Positions 22,427 to 34,031 of a DNA stretch of 64,000 bases are shown here, in pieces; position 1 is the stretch's first letter; every line of letters begins with the position of its first letter. This stretch comes from Eledone cirrhosa (taxonomy: Eukaryota), in the NCBI GenBank assembly GCA_964016885.1, contig OZ024740.1, positions 270,382,001-270,446,000 on the forward strand, given 5' to 3'. The translations under genes and the position numbers were made by a program. The notes under the pieces were generated by a model. The model worked only from the letters and a program-made list of their open reading frames with translations, was not told the origin of the DNA and did no database searches.

Positions 22427-25400
22427 AGTTATAGATGTTATCGAGATACGAGTGACATAATAATTATTTCAACAGCAGAAATTACAGATGAAATATACGT
22501 TTATTTCTTGATGTAGCACCAACAATTTTGTTGTACAGAGGCTGGTTTCTGGCGTGTGATCAGTCGGCTTTCCAGTGGCTGTCTGTCTTTTCTTTCTGGC
22601 GTTCTCAACCGGCGTTGTTCTATCAAGGAGCGTGAGGCGTCTTACTACAGTACCTCTAAATATAGACGGTGCTGCAAAATTTTTTGGGCCAGTGGACCCT
22701 ACGACCTGAACGGGTCGTGGTCTTGTAACGTGGCGATGGTGGTGGTGTAGGGACAGGCGATGATGGTGGTTCAGGAACAGTCGTTCGCTCAACAGGCAAA
22801 TACGAAGGGGTTCGTGGATCAGGAACCACAGCGTCCGTGTCAAGGTGCGCCTGCTTAAGCCTGTCTAATGTAACTGTCTCCCTGGACCCCTTAATATCTA
22901 ACGTGAAATGCTTAGCCGAGCGCGCTAAGACACGGTAAGGTCCAGTGTAAGGCTGTGTGAGCGGGGGCTTCACCGTATCATTCCTTACAAAGACATGCGT
23001 CCACGAGGCAATATCCCTCGGGACAGCAGTCTTGACAGTTTGTTTCCTAGTGTCCATTGGCGGCAAATCCTGGAAATAGGAGCGCAAACGGGACACGTAG
23101 GAAGCGTGATCTTGGGCATCAAGATCGATAGGGGCAAGCATTTGCCCGGGCAACGTCAGGGGGGCACCGTACAGTACTTCGGCCGGTGAAAATTCAAAGT
23201 TGACCTTCACCGTTGACCGAATCCCTAGTAGCACAATAGGGAGGTACTCGCTCCAATGCGCCGAGTCCATTGAGGCCATTAAGGAGGCCCCTTCAGTTGG
23301 CGGTGAAAACGCTCCACCATACCATTCGAAGCGGGATGGTATGCCGTAGTTCTAATGCGTTTAGCACCAATTAATTTTGACAGCTCGAGGAAAAGGCTCG
23401 ACTCGAACTGTCATCCACGGTCGGTAGTTATTGTGGCTGGAACTCCATAACGAGAGATCCATCCAGACACAAGAGCACGTGCTGTTGTCTCTGCGGTGAT
23501 GTTTTTCAAGGGGATGGCCTCAGGCCATCTCGAAAAACGGTCAATGACGGTAAGTAGATAAGAAAAACCATCGCTGACAGGCCAAGGTCCCACTATGTCA
23601 ATATGATTATGTGAAAAACGCGCATCTGGGTTAGCAAAGGTACCCAGGGGAGCCTTGACGTGTCGATGGACCTTTGATCTCTGGCAAGCGACGCAGAAAC
23701 GGCACCAAGCAGCAATTTCACGCCTCATATTTGGCCAGAAAAATCTAACTGATATGAGCTTTGCTGTGGCAGAAGATCCTGGATGCGAGATACAATGTAA
23801 TCCCAGAAACACGGTCCGACGATGATTCTCTGGAACGAAGGGCCTATGCACGTCGAAAGAGACGTCGCAGAGAATTTGGCCAACTGCAGTCGACAGAGGC
23901 AAGTATTTCATCTCGCAATTCGCAAACTCGGGCGATGTGACATCCAATGACTCAAGGGGAGGCTGATCCGCAGCCAAACGAGTCAGATCTATGTCAGAGG
24001 ATGACGAGATCGCTGTCACGGGTAAGCGGGACAAAGCGTCGGCCGCTGTATTTAGTGAACCCGGAATGTGCTGGATATCACTCGTATATTGCGAGATGAA
24101 ATCAAGGTGTCTCGTCTCTCTGGGCGAGTATTTATCAGCCTTCGCTCTCAAAGCAAAAGTCAATGGTTTATGGTCAGTGAGGATAGTAAATTGTCTACCC
24201 TCTAGCACATGTGAAAAATGTTTCACGGCCAAATAGATGGCTAAAAGCTCTCTTCCAAAGGTGCTGTAGCGCGTCTCAGCAGGATTTGGCTTTTTGGAAA
24301 AAAACTCCAGCGGTTGCTGGTAACCATTGATGTTTTGCTGTAGTACTGCGCCCACAGCGATATCCGAAGCATCAACACAAAGCGTTAGCTTTGCACCCGG
24401 TACCGGGTGAGTCAGTAACGAAGCATTAGCCAAAACAGTTTTGGCGTGCTGAAAATCAGCAAGTTGAGTGTCTGTCAAAGAAATATCTTTGTTCTTCCTC
24501 CGACAATTTTTCAAAATTTCTGTCAGGGAGAAAAGCAATTTTGCACAATTTGGCACGAAACGCCTATAAAAGTTAACCAGACCTAAGAACTGGCGTAACT
24601 GACGTAGTGAGGTCGGTGGAGGCAAATCCTCTATGACCTTAACTCGTTCAGGCCGGGGTCGAATTCCGTCAGCATCGATGACGTGACCCAAGAAAGTCAG
24701 TGACTCAGCACCAAAAACACATTTGGGTGCATTAAGCTGCACGTTATACGCCTTCAATCGGCGGAAAAGAAGATTCAAATGGTGCGTATGCTGCTCTGGA
24801 GAAGAACTAGCAATGAGCAGATCGTCAATATAGGTATAGACGAAATCGAGGCCGCGAGTAACCTCATCCATAAACCGCTGAAAAGTACTAGCGGCATTCC
24901 TTAATCCGAACGGCATAGTCAAAAACTCGAAAGACCCAAATGGCGTAACTATAGCCGTTTTTGGAATGTCATTTATATGGACAGGAATTGGATGGTACGC
25001 ACGAATTAAATCCAGTTTGGAGAATATCTTGCTTCCCTGCAACGAAGACGCAAAGTCTTGCAGATGAGGGATAGGATAACGGTCCGGTACCGTTATCGAA
25101 TTCAGGCGTCGATAATCTCCAGTAGGTCTCCAATCGCCATTCGCTTTCGGTACCATGTGTAATGGGGACGCCCACGGGCTCGTGGACGGACGAATAATCC
25201 CCATTTGCAGCATATGATCAAACTCTGATCGTGCTGCTTTGACTTTGTCCGGAGGCAAGCGACGAGGACGAGAGAAAACGGGAGCACCAGTTGTAGATAT
25301 GAAGTGCTCCGTGGTATGAGTTGGTTCATCAAATCGAAAATTTCCCCGAGTCAGTTGCGGGAACGAGTTCAACAACGCATAGAAAGGATCACCGGTGTTA

Positions 25401-25650
25401 GCAAGAAAAAATGTCGGGCTAACCCACAGTTATAGATGTTATCGAGATACGAGTGACATAATAATTATTTCAACAGCAGAAATTAGAGATGAAATATACG
25501 TTTATTTTTTGATGTAGCACCAACAATGTTGTTGTACAGAGGCTGGTTTCTGGCGTGTGATCAGTTGGCTTTCCAGTGGCTGTCTGTCTTTTCTTTCTGG
25601 CGTTCTCAACCGGCGTTGTTCTATCAAGGAGCGTGAGGCGCCTTACTACA
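22427..25650 (-). mobile_element. Ty3/Gypsy LTR retrotransposon, internally deleted (no PBS/gag/protease)
   Basis: Direct repeats 22427-22649 and 25428-25650 (223 bp, ~5 mismatches), starting TGTAGT on the minus strand. Pol order is RT-RNaseH-integrase. Confidence 0.92.
22656..25427 (-). pseudogene. pol: Gypsy pol (RT, RNase H, integrase), disrupted
   Basis: SPWASP, DYRRLN, MPFGL, YIDD, DASD, RELLAI, TDHKPL, ADALSR, H..SHPG..C..C, HIDIVGP, TTDRG, GPYRV. TGA at 23411-23413 and a frameshift near 23290. Confidence 0.92.
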
Positions 25651-25787
25651 ATATATATATATATAATATATATATATAATATATATATATATTTAATATA
25701 TATATATAATATATTTATATATATAATATATATATATAATATATATATAATATATACATATAATATATATATATATAATATATATAT

Positions 25788-25822
<35 letters not shown>

Positions 25823-25939
25823 ATATATATTTATATATAATATATATATATATAATATATATATATAATATATATATATATAATATATATATATATAATA
25901 TATATATATATATTATATATATATATAATATATATATAT

Positions 25940-26291
25940 AATTGTTTCTACTTTTGGCACAAGGCCAGCAATTATCCCAGTACATTACTGGTACTTTATT
26001 TTATCGACCCCGTAAGGATGAAAGGCAAAGTAAACCTCGGCGGGATTTGAACTCAGATCGTAAAGGGACGTAACTATGCTGGAAATAATATATATATATA
26101 TAATATATATATATAATATATATATATAATATATATATATATAATATATATATATATTATATATATATATAATATATATATATATAATATATATATATAT
26201 AATATATATATATAATATATATATATAATATATATATATATAATATATATATATATATAATATATATATATAATATATATATATATATAAT

Positions 26292-26323
<32 letters not shown>

Positions 26324-26411
26324 ATATATATATATAATATATATAAAATATATATAATATATATAATATATATAATATATATAATATATTTAATATATAT
26401 ATATATAATAT

Positions 26412-26443
<32 letters not shown>

Positions 26444-26821
26444 ATATATATATAAATAATATATATATATAATTGTTTCTACTTTAGGCACAAGGCCAGC
26501 AATTACCCAGTGCATTACTGGTACTTTATTTTATCGACCCCGTAAGGATGAAAGGCAAAGTCAACCTCGGCGGGATTTGAACTCAGATCGTAAAGGGACG
26601 TAACTATGCTGGAAATAATATATATATATATAATATATATATATAATATATATATATAATATATATATATATAATATATATATATATTATATATATATAT
26701 AATATATATATATATAATATATATATATATAATATATATATATAATATATATATATAATATATATATATATAATATATATATATATATAATATATATATA
26801 TAATATATATATATATATAAT

Positions 26822-26853
<32 letters not shown>

Positions 26854-26941
26854 ATATATATATATAATATATATAAAATATATATAATATATATAATATA
26901 TATAATATATATAATATATTTAATATATATATATATAATAT

Positions 26942-26973
<32 letters not shown>

Positions 26974-27184
26974 ATATATATATAAATAATATATATATAT
27001 AATTGTTTCTACTTTAGGCACAAGGCCAGCAATTACCCAGTGCATTACTGGTACTTTATTTTATCGACCCCGTAAGGATGAAAGGCAAAGTCAACCTCGG
27101 CGGGATTTGAACTCAGATCGTAAAGGGACGTAACTATGCTGGAAAGCATGGCGTCCGACCCTCTACCGATACTGCCAATCCACC
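25940..27184 (-). mobile_element. Three SINE copies in a ~530-bp tandem SINE+(TA)n array
   Basis: Copies at ~25940-26084, 26471-26615 and 27001-27184. The intervening TA tracts have the same interruption pattern. Confidence 0.88.
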
Positions 27185-27656
27185 ATATATATATAATATA
27201 TATAATATATATAATATATAATATATATATATATAATATATATATATATTATATATATATATTATATATTATATATATATATATTATATATATATATATT
27301 ATATATTATATATATATATATATAATATATATATATAATATATAAGTATATTATATATATATATATATATATACATATATAATATATATATATAATATAT
27401 ATATAATATATATATAATATACATATATAATATATATATAATATATATATATATATTATATATATATATAATATATATATATATAATATATATAATATAT
27501 ATATATATATAATATATATATATATATTATATATATAGATATTATATATATTATATATATATAATATATATATATATATAATATATATAATATATATATA
27601 ATATATATATATAATATATATATAATATAATATAATATATATATATATATATATAT

Positions 27657-30473
27657 GTAGATAAATATACCAAAATATACGGTAGTGTCCAATCCGTATG
27701 AAGAACTGAATGTAATCCAAATATCACGAAAAGAGAAGATGCATTCAAATTTTTCGATGAAAATCATAGGAAAACAGAGTCAAGATAAATTAGTAAAACA
27801 ATGAAATAAAAACGAAGAACAAGTTCCGTATATTACAAAATTCATCATTTTACGATAGTTTCTAGGATGTATGTGTGTGTTGGCATGTATTTCCTATAGA
27901 TCTATGTAAAAATATTACAAATTATCAGAGGAAATATACATACCTTCACATATATATGCTGTCTTCAGAAATGATGAGATTTGTTTATTGAAAAAAATCA
28001 GCAAATATTTAATATAAAATGTCTGTTTGGGAAAAGTTTTTTAATTGACGAATAGAAAAGTAGTTAGAGGTCAAGTTGATAGAATAGTGGTAGTATAAAT
28101 TTGATTATGGGTAGAGGACTTATGTTTTTAATGAAAAGTATACTTTGAATGAAAAGAATACTTTGGGGAGAAAAGAGGTCAAGCCAGTGAAGGATAAACG
28201 AAAATTTGATGTTATTAAAGAATAATGTTAAAAACGAAGGAAAATAAAATTTTAGGATAAGGGTATTAGTGAGAAATACCAAATCTTGTTTAAACGACAA
28301 GGAATCTAGATCTATAACAAGAAATTAAATTAATTGATAGGTATACTTATAAGGATAATTTATATTATTCATATGAATGTGATAAATAAGAATTAGATGT
28401 TATTAAAGAGTGTTGTTAAAAAACGAAGGAAAGTAAAATTTTGGGATAAGGGTAGTAGTGAGAAATACCAATCTTATATAAACTACAATGTATCTAGATT
28501 CATAACAGGAAATTAAATTAATTTATAGGTATACTTTTAGGTATTAATTTTAGGAAAAGAGAGCTGTAAGAGGGAAATAAAATTATGAAGTTCTCTGTAG
28601 TAAAGTACTAATTATAGGTTAACTAAATTTAAAAAAACTAATTATAATAATATGTAAAATATAAGTGTAAGGTGTATATTAATTAGGTTTATAATATTTG
28701 AAGGTTCTTCTAATTCTATGATTGCAAGATATAATTAATTCCTGTCGCTTATTTAATAGGATATCCCTAGATTTCATGATTTCAAAAAGTTCCTGGGAGC
28801 ATAACCTACACTCGTATCTGTTATTTTGATAAGAGGTGGCCCTTTTGAGCACATTCCATGTCAGGTTGTAATCGATATTCTTCTTTCTATAATTATTAAT
28901 TGTTTCAGCCAAGGATGTTGTATTAGCTAATGCAGCATGTTTAAAACTATGTTTGTGGGTATTATATCTTACTTTAAATTGGTTAGAGGTAGCTCCTATA
29001 TATGAATAAGTGGAATCCTTAGTGCTAATTTTACATTTATAGACTATGTTATTAATAAGACAATTTCCCTTTAATGGGCAATTTCTTTTGATTCTACAGT
29101 TACAACCATTCGTGAATATTATATCAAGGGAGTTAGTCAAATTTGGTGTGGAATTTACTCGACTTGTTATAGGTGAAGGAGATGGTGGTTTGTTGCGGTT
29201 TATTTTAGTATTATGGTTGGTTTGATGTGTTGGTGGTATATTTGTGGCTTTTCTACATTTATATGCGTTGTACGCACTTATATTTTGTTGTATATTTTTG
29301 GTAGTGGAGTAGGAAAATTTGACAGTTGATATATTTAAAATTTGATCGTATTTATGGTTTGGCGGGAAGTTTTTCTCTGGGATAGTAAAAACATTTTTAG
29401 GAATATTATCTTTAATTTGTAGATTAAATGGAGCATTATACCAAGTAACCCGTCTGTTACGGTTTCGATATTTTTTTTTTTATATTTATACGATGTATCA
29501 GGATGTTTACTAAGAGAGTTATTATTAGTGAATTTATTATATATAGGTTTAGTTAGATTAACTTATTTAGGTGTTTTAATCTGATTACTAGGAATTTTGT
29601 TAGTAATGTTGCTAACATATATTGGAGTATTAGGATGAATGGTTTTTTGAAAGTCATTATATTTTATGTGAGAAGAGGTAGAGAAATTAAGTTTTAGGTT
29701 GGTATTTTTGTGTGTAGTATGAGTGGCATTGAGCTGTGGGTTTTTCATTTGGTGTTTGTTGGTAATATTGGGTTGTATGTTTGAAGTATTATTGGTGCAA
29801 GGTATATAGACTAATATGTTTTTGTGGCCGCTTCTAGCTAAAGCTTCGTTATAAAAGGGCGTGTTTTTATCGAATACATCCTGGTTAGATGAAAGGCTAG
29901 AGATTCTGAGTGAGATATTATATGCTAGATTTTTAAGGATAGATCTAGGGTGATTGGATTGTGAGTGTATGTAATGTAAGTTTTGGTTAGGTTTTATGGT
30001 AAGGTTGGTAGATACCCGTAGATAGATCTAAAGTTATATCTAGGAAATTGACTATTTTACTGGTGTTTTCAAATGTAATAGTGAGATTGTAATAGTCTTT
30101 GAGGAAATTTCTAAGTTTTTTAATTTTTTTCAATTTCTGATAGGCTAAGATTAGTGGAAAGAAGAAGACAGTCATCACGATATAAACCACCTTTAAGGTG
30201 GGTAAAAGATGAATTAATGTTAACTAGAAGAAATAGGCCCACAAGGTCGGTAATTTGGGCGGAATCACTAGAGCCCATAGTAATGTCGAAGAGATTACTA
30301 TATGTATTTCTGGTCCAGTATTCCTTCTGAAATTCCAGTAGTGTTTGTCTAGCGTGCGTGTCATCCATAGATAAGTGATTTATTTTTGGCGAATATCAAG
30401 GCTTTGTTCAGGAGTATGGGTGATATAGAGGAATAATAAGCATCTATATCAAATTGTAGAAATGAAGCAGATG

Positions 30474-30475
<2 letters not shown>
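27657..30475 (-). mobile_element. Hydra-like PLE, 5'-truncated and frameshifted, with pseudo-LTR
   Basis: RT fragments (QFDI..YYSSIS, FDITMGSSDSAQITDLVG, GLYRDD, VNFLDITLDL), then CNC...CPL and GIY-YIG (IVYKC...YIGAT...RYNTH...CRLC..E) at 28679-29140. Long-stem HHR at 27842-27977. Confidence 0.88.
27842..27977 (-). ncRNA. Type I hammerhead ribozyme with ~99-nt stem II
   Basis: Minus strand: TCATCATTT-CTGAAGA-[99 nt hairpin]-GAAAC-TATC-GT-A-AAATGATGA; 9-bp stem I. Confidence 0.7.
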
Positions 30476-30550
<75 letters not shown>

Positions 30551-30716
30551 TTTAAGTTTCGAGAGAGAGAAAAAGGAAAGATAAGCGATACATATATTTA
30601 GTTGCCAATAGATTGTGCAAATGTGCTCAATACTTGTGCCTCCAGGGTTAAATATTAGAAGCGTTCATATTTAGTGGGCGAGAAAATAAGTAGAGCGGTT
30701 ACGAAAGAAATTAATA

Positions 30717-31877
30717 CAAAGGAGTATATACCGTTAAAACATGTTTATATAACAAAGGACCTACGTACGTTTTTATTCGCCCAGAACGGGCTCCTCAAGG
30801 GCATAGAAAACAAAGAAAAATGATCAGTACGCAACCCAGGATGGGTTTTAAGGTTAAATTCACATCAGAGTTCATTCTTCGCTTAAGTACATGTGTTGTT
30901 ATTGCCGCAGAGAAGGGGGAGTAACTCAGGCCGGTGCTTGAATAATCTTGTCCCATGGCCTTTTTAACCCGTTCACATGATGGTGTTTTGCGTTATTATT
31001 TTGTGGGTGCTGCTTCACTAATGTCGGTTCCAACCGGGTCTGAGATGCATATTTAGTTCACAGATGTTTGTTTACGCCGCCTGCCCACCGGAGTGTTATG
31101 GTTTGGGCAGTTTATAGTTTTCATGCCACAGTCGGTTCCCATTCGAAGTAAGACGCTTGCATTCGGTGCTTACACTTTATGACTGATTTGGCCCTGCTGT
31201 TTATGAGTTCGTGTGGTGTTCTAATGATGTAGTAAAGCTCCACGAAGCAAAGCTCGCACTTCCTCTTGAAATTGTAGGGTGCAGCCGTACCGACAATATC
31301 CCAGTGTGTGGAGAAGCTGATGTTGGCGTCTTTTAATGTAATAACGTAATTGGCAAGTGACGTGGAGTGCCTTAGGGTTTTCTTCCTGAAAGAGTGGAGA
31401 TATGTTCTAAATCTCGTTTTGAACTAGCCAGAGGTGGCCCCTATATAGTGTTTAACTCCATTATGACTAGTTATGTTGAACCTATAAATAACCTTATCTG
31501 TCAGGCAGTTTCCCCTGAGAGGGCAGCCTCCCCTGTCACGACAGCTGAATTTTCTGTCACGGTCACTCCTAGTTCCTGAAGTAAAGCTATTATTATTGCT
31601 ACCTATGTTGTTATCTATGTCTCTATCTCGGTGGTTGGTACTGTTATATCACGAGGCGTGAGGGGTAGTACCATTATCCGATAACAACATAGGTAGCAAT
31701 AACAACATATTTACTTAAGCGAAGAATTAACGCTGATGTGAATTTAACATTAAAACCCATCCTGAGCGTACAGATCATTTTATTTTGTTTTCTATGCCCT
31801 TGAGAAACCCGTTCTGGGCGAAACGTACGTAGGTGCATTGTTATATAAACATGTTTTAACGGTATATACTCCTTTGC
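30717..31877 (-). mobile_element. Hydra-like PLE GIY-YIG fragment flanked by inverted pLTR ends with HHRs
   Basis: Minus 31125-31420 encodes ...HSTSLANY...WDIV..AAPY..KRKCELCFVE. Inverted repeats at 30717-30888 and 31712-31877. Confidence 0.75.
31794..31838 (+). ncRNA. Minimal HHR variant (mirror copy at 30760-30804, minus)
   Basis: ATGCCC-TTGAGAA-ACCC-GTTCT-GGGC-GAAAC-GTAC-GT-A-GGTGCAT. The mirror copy has core TTGAGGA and stem II GCCC/GGGC but an insertion in GAAA. Confidence 0.6.
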
Positions 31878-31884
31878 ATTTATT

Positions 31885-31955
<71 letters not shown>

Positions 31956-32105
31956 AAATAGGATTTCGCTTCAAGCATAGCTTTATACAATATGTATAAA
32001 TATTTCGTATCTCCAAAGAAATACGGTTTTAGGAAGCCGCCGTAGCTATGCAAACACCGGGGGTCTAACGCCCTCTGGTGGTGTCCAGCAGAAGCAAGGG
32101 GGACA

Positions 32106-32149
32106 ACCGTCTATGCATTTCAGGCTTAACGGGCCTTCGTCAGGACGGT
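32106..32149 (-). ncRNA. Minimal type I hammerhead ribozyme, intact core
   Basis: Minus strand: ACCGTC-CTGACGA-AGGC-CCGTTAA-GCCT-GAAA-TGCA-TA-GACGGT. 6-bp stem I, 4-bp stem II, 1-bp stem III with palindromic loop. Confidence 0.85.
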
Positions 32150-32257
32150 CCCTCCCAGCTTCATATGCAAATGAGATTAATCACTTCATTTACACAGACG
32201 AGAAAAGTATATATTCTCGCCTGCCTTCTAGTCCAGCAGTCGCAAGCGGTGGGAGGG

Positions 32258-32301
32258 ACCGTCCTGACGAAGGCCAGTTAAGCCTGAAATACATAGACGG
32301 T
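32258..32301 (+). ncRNA. Minimal type I hammerhead ribozyme (loop III palindrome mutated)
   Basis: ACCGTC-CTGACGA-AGGC-CAGTTAA-GCCT-GAAA-TACA-TA-GACGGT. Confidence 0.8.
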
Positions 32302-32782
32302 TGTCCCCCTGGCTTCTGCTAGACATCACCAGAATGCGTTAGCCCTCCGGTGTTTGCATAGCTATGGATTCCTAAAACCGTATTTCTTTGGAGATACGAA
32401 ATATTTATACATATGTATATATATATATAGTGTAGGTGGTACAGTGAATTACTAGTGTCGGTACTAAATCAAGCACTCTATGCACAGGCAGAGTGTATAT
32501 AATAGGAAAAATGAGTTTCGCTTACGTATAAAATATTTTTTATTGTGTATCAACCTGCTACGCGTATTTCGAAAAGGATTGGCTCAAAGTCACCCATATA
32601 CGTTTATGTAAACAAACTAAAACCAGAATGAAGAGGAAAACACATAGGCATCGAAAAGGTCGCAGGATGTGTGATAACAGCCTTTGAGAATTACGTAAGA
32701 TAATTACTAAATAATAACTAATAATAGAACCAAAATGAAAAATCAAAGAGCGCCTGTGTATTTTACAGGCAATATTGGCAAC

Positions 32783-32922
32783 ATGACTTTATTTTGTCGA
32801 CCCCGTAAGGATGAAACCCAAAACTAACCTGGGCATGATTTGAACTGAGAACGTAAAAAGCATAGCTATATACCGTAAAGCATATTGCCCGACTCTCTAG
32901 CAATTCTACCAATCCACCACCC
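32783..32922 (-). mobile_element. Diverged copy of the tRNA-derived SINE
   Basis: TTTGTCGACCCCGTAAGGATGAAA...GATTTGAACTGAGA...CCAATCCACCACC. Confidence 0.75.
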
Positions 32923-33420
32923 TAATATGGCATATATATATGTGTGTGTGTGTGTGAAAGTGAGAGCGAGAGAGTGACAGAGAGAGAGGGGGAAAGAGAG
33001 AGAGTGTCGATAGAACAAGATACAAAATTAGCTATTGGTGAACAATTGGAATTAAATCAGTCGCTAATATATTTTATACATTCAGCTCCTATAAATTGCA
33101 GGCCCATGTTCACAAATCATTTTATTATCCAATTTTATTTATTTTATTCCATGTATTCCATTTCATGGTTATTCTAGAAGAGATAAATTTTTCAGGTGCA
33201 TTCTTTTTAAAATGCAGAGAACGATGAAACTATTATTATAGATGAATTAGTTCGCGTTAAAATAATCATAAATAAATATTAGAATTTAATGTTAATTGAA
33301 CATAAAATTCAAATATTTTCCCAGTCATTAACACACATACATACATGCATACATACATACAAACAATTATGCATACATACATGTATACATACATACATAC
33401 ATACATATATATGGCTACAT

Positions 33421-33912
33421 GGTGGCTGCCAACTCGTTTTCGAGTACGACCACTACTTTATATCCATGTAGGAGAACCCCTACCGATGCGCTGAACGAGT
33501 GTGACTTTTTAGTCCAGCCAGCGACTTGAAAACTCTGGTACAAACACTACACTTGTGACAACTATTGACACATAGTGTTGGGCCCATGGTACCATGTGAC
33601 GACAAGTGCGGAGAGATCTCCAGATATAAAGCAATGCCTGTGCCGTGAAGCTTTTATAGTGAGCAAAGGCACTGCACAAAGCCAGTCCCACTCTCTTAAC
33701 CAAGATGATATTTACCAAAAAGAAGAACAAGTCAACATCATTGGATACCATCAGGGTTGCAGGTGTTATATCAGAGTTTTCCTTCTCCTAGAATTCTGCC
33801 TTGACAAAGGCTAAGGGGTCATCTCTCCCGTAGAATTCTGCCTTGACAAAGGCTAAGGGGTCATCTCTCCCGTAGAATTCTGCCTTGACAAAGGCTAAGG
33901 GGTCAGCTCTCC
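33421..33912. mobile_element. Short insertion with 10-bp flanking direct repeat and 42-bp tandem triplication; RTE-leader-like motif
   Basis: ATGGCTACAT at 33411-33420 and 33913-33922. Unit TAGAATTCTGCCTTGACAAAGGCTAAGGGGTCATCTCTCCCG x3 (33789-33912). TCAGAGTTTTCCTTCTCCTAG resembles RTE 5'-UTR motifs. Confidence 0.5.
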
Positions 33913-33974
33913 ATGGCTACATACATACATGCATACATACATACATACATACATACATACACGCGCACACATAT

Positions 33975-34026
<52 letters not shown>

Positions 34027-34031
34027 CATAC

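Larger units (their letters stand above)
31991..32413. repeat. ORF-less inverted repeat carrying two HHRs
   Basis: Arms ~31991-32157 and ~32250-32413 with a ~93-nt spacer, between TA tracts. Confidence 0.85.

Noticed and set aside
33789-33912. 42-bp repeats as a CRISPR array
   Set aside because: Head-to-tail with no spacers, and the context is eukaryotic.
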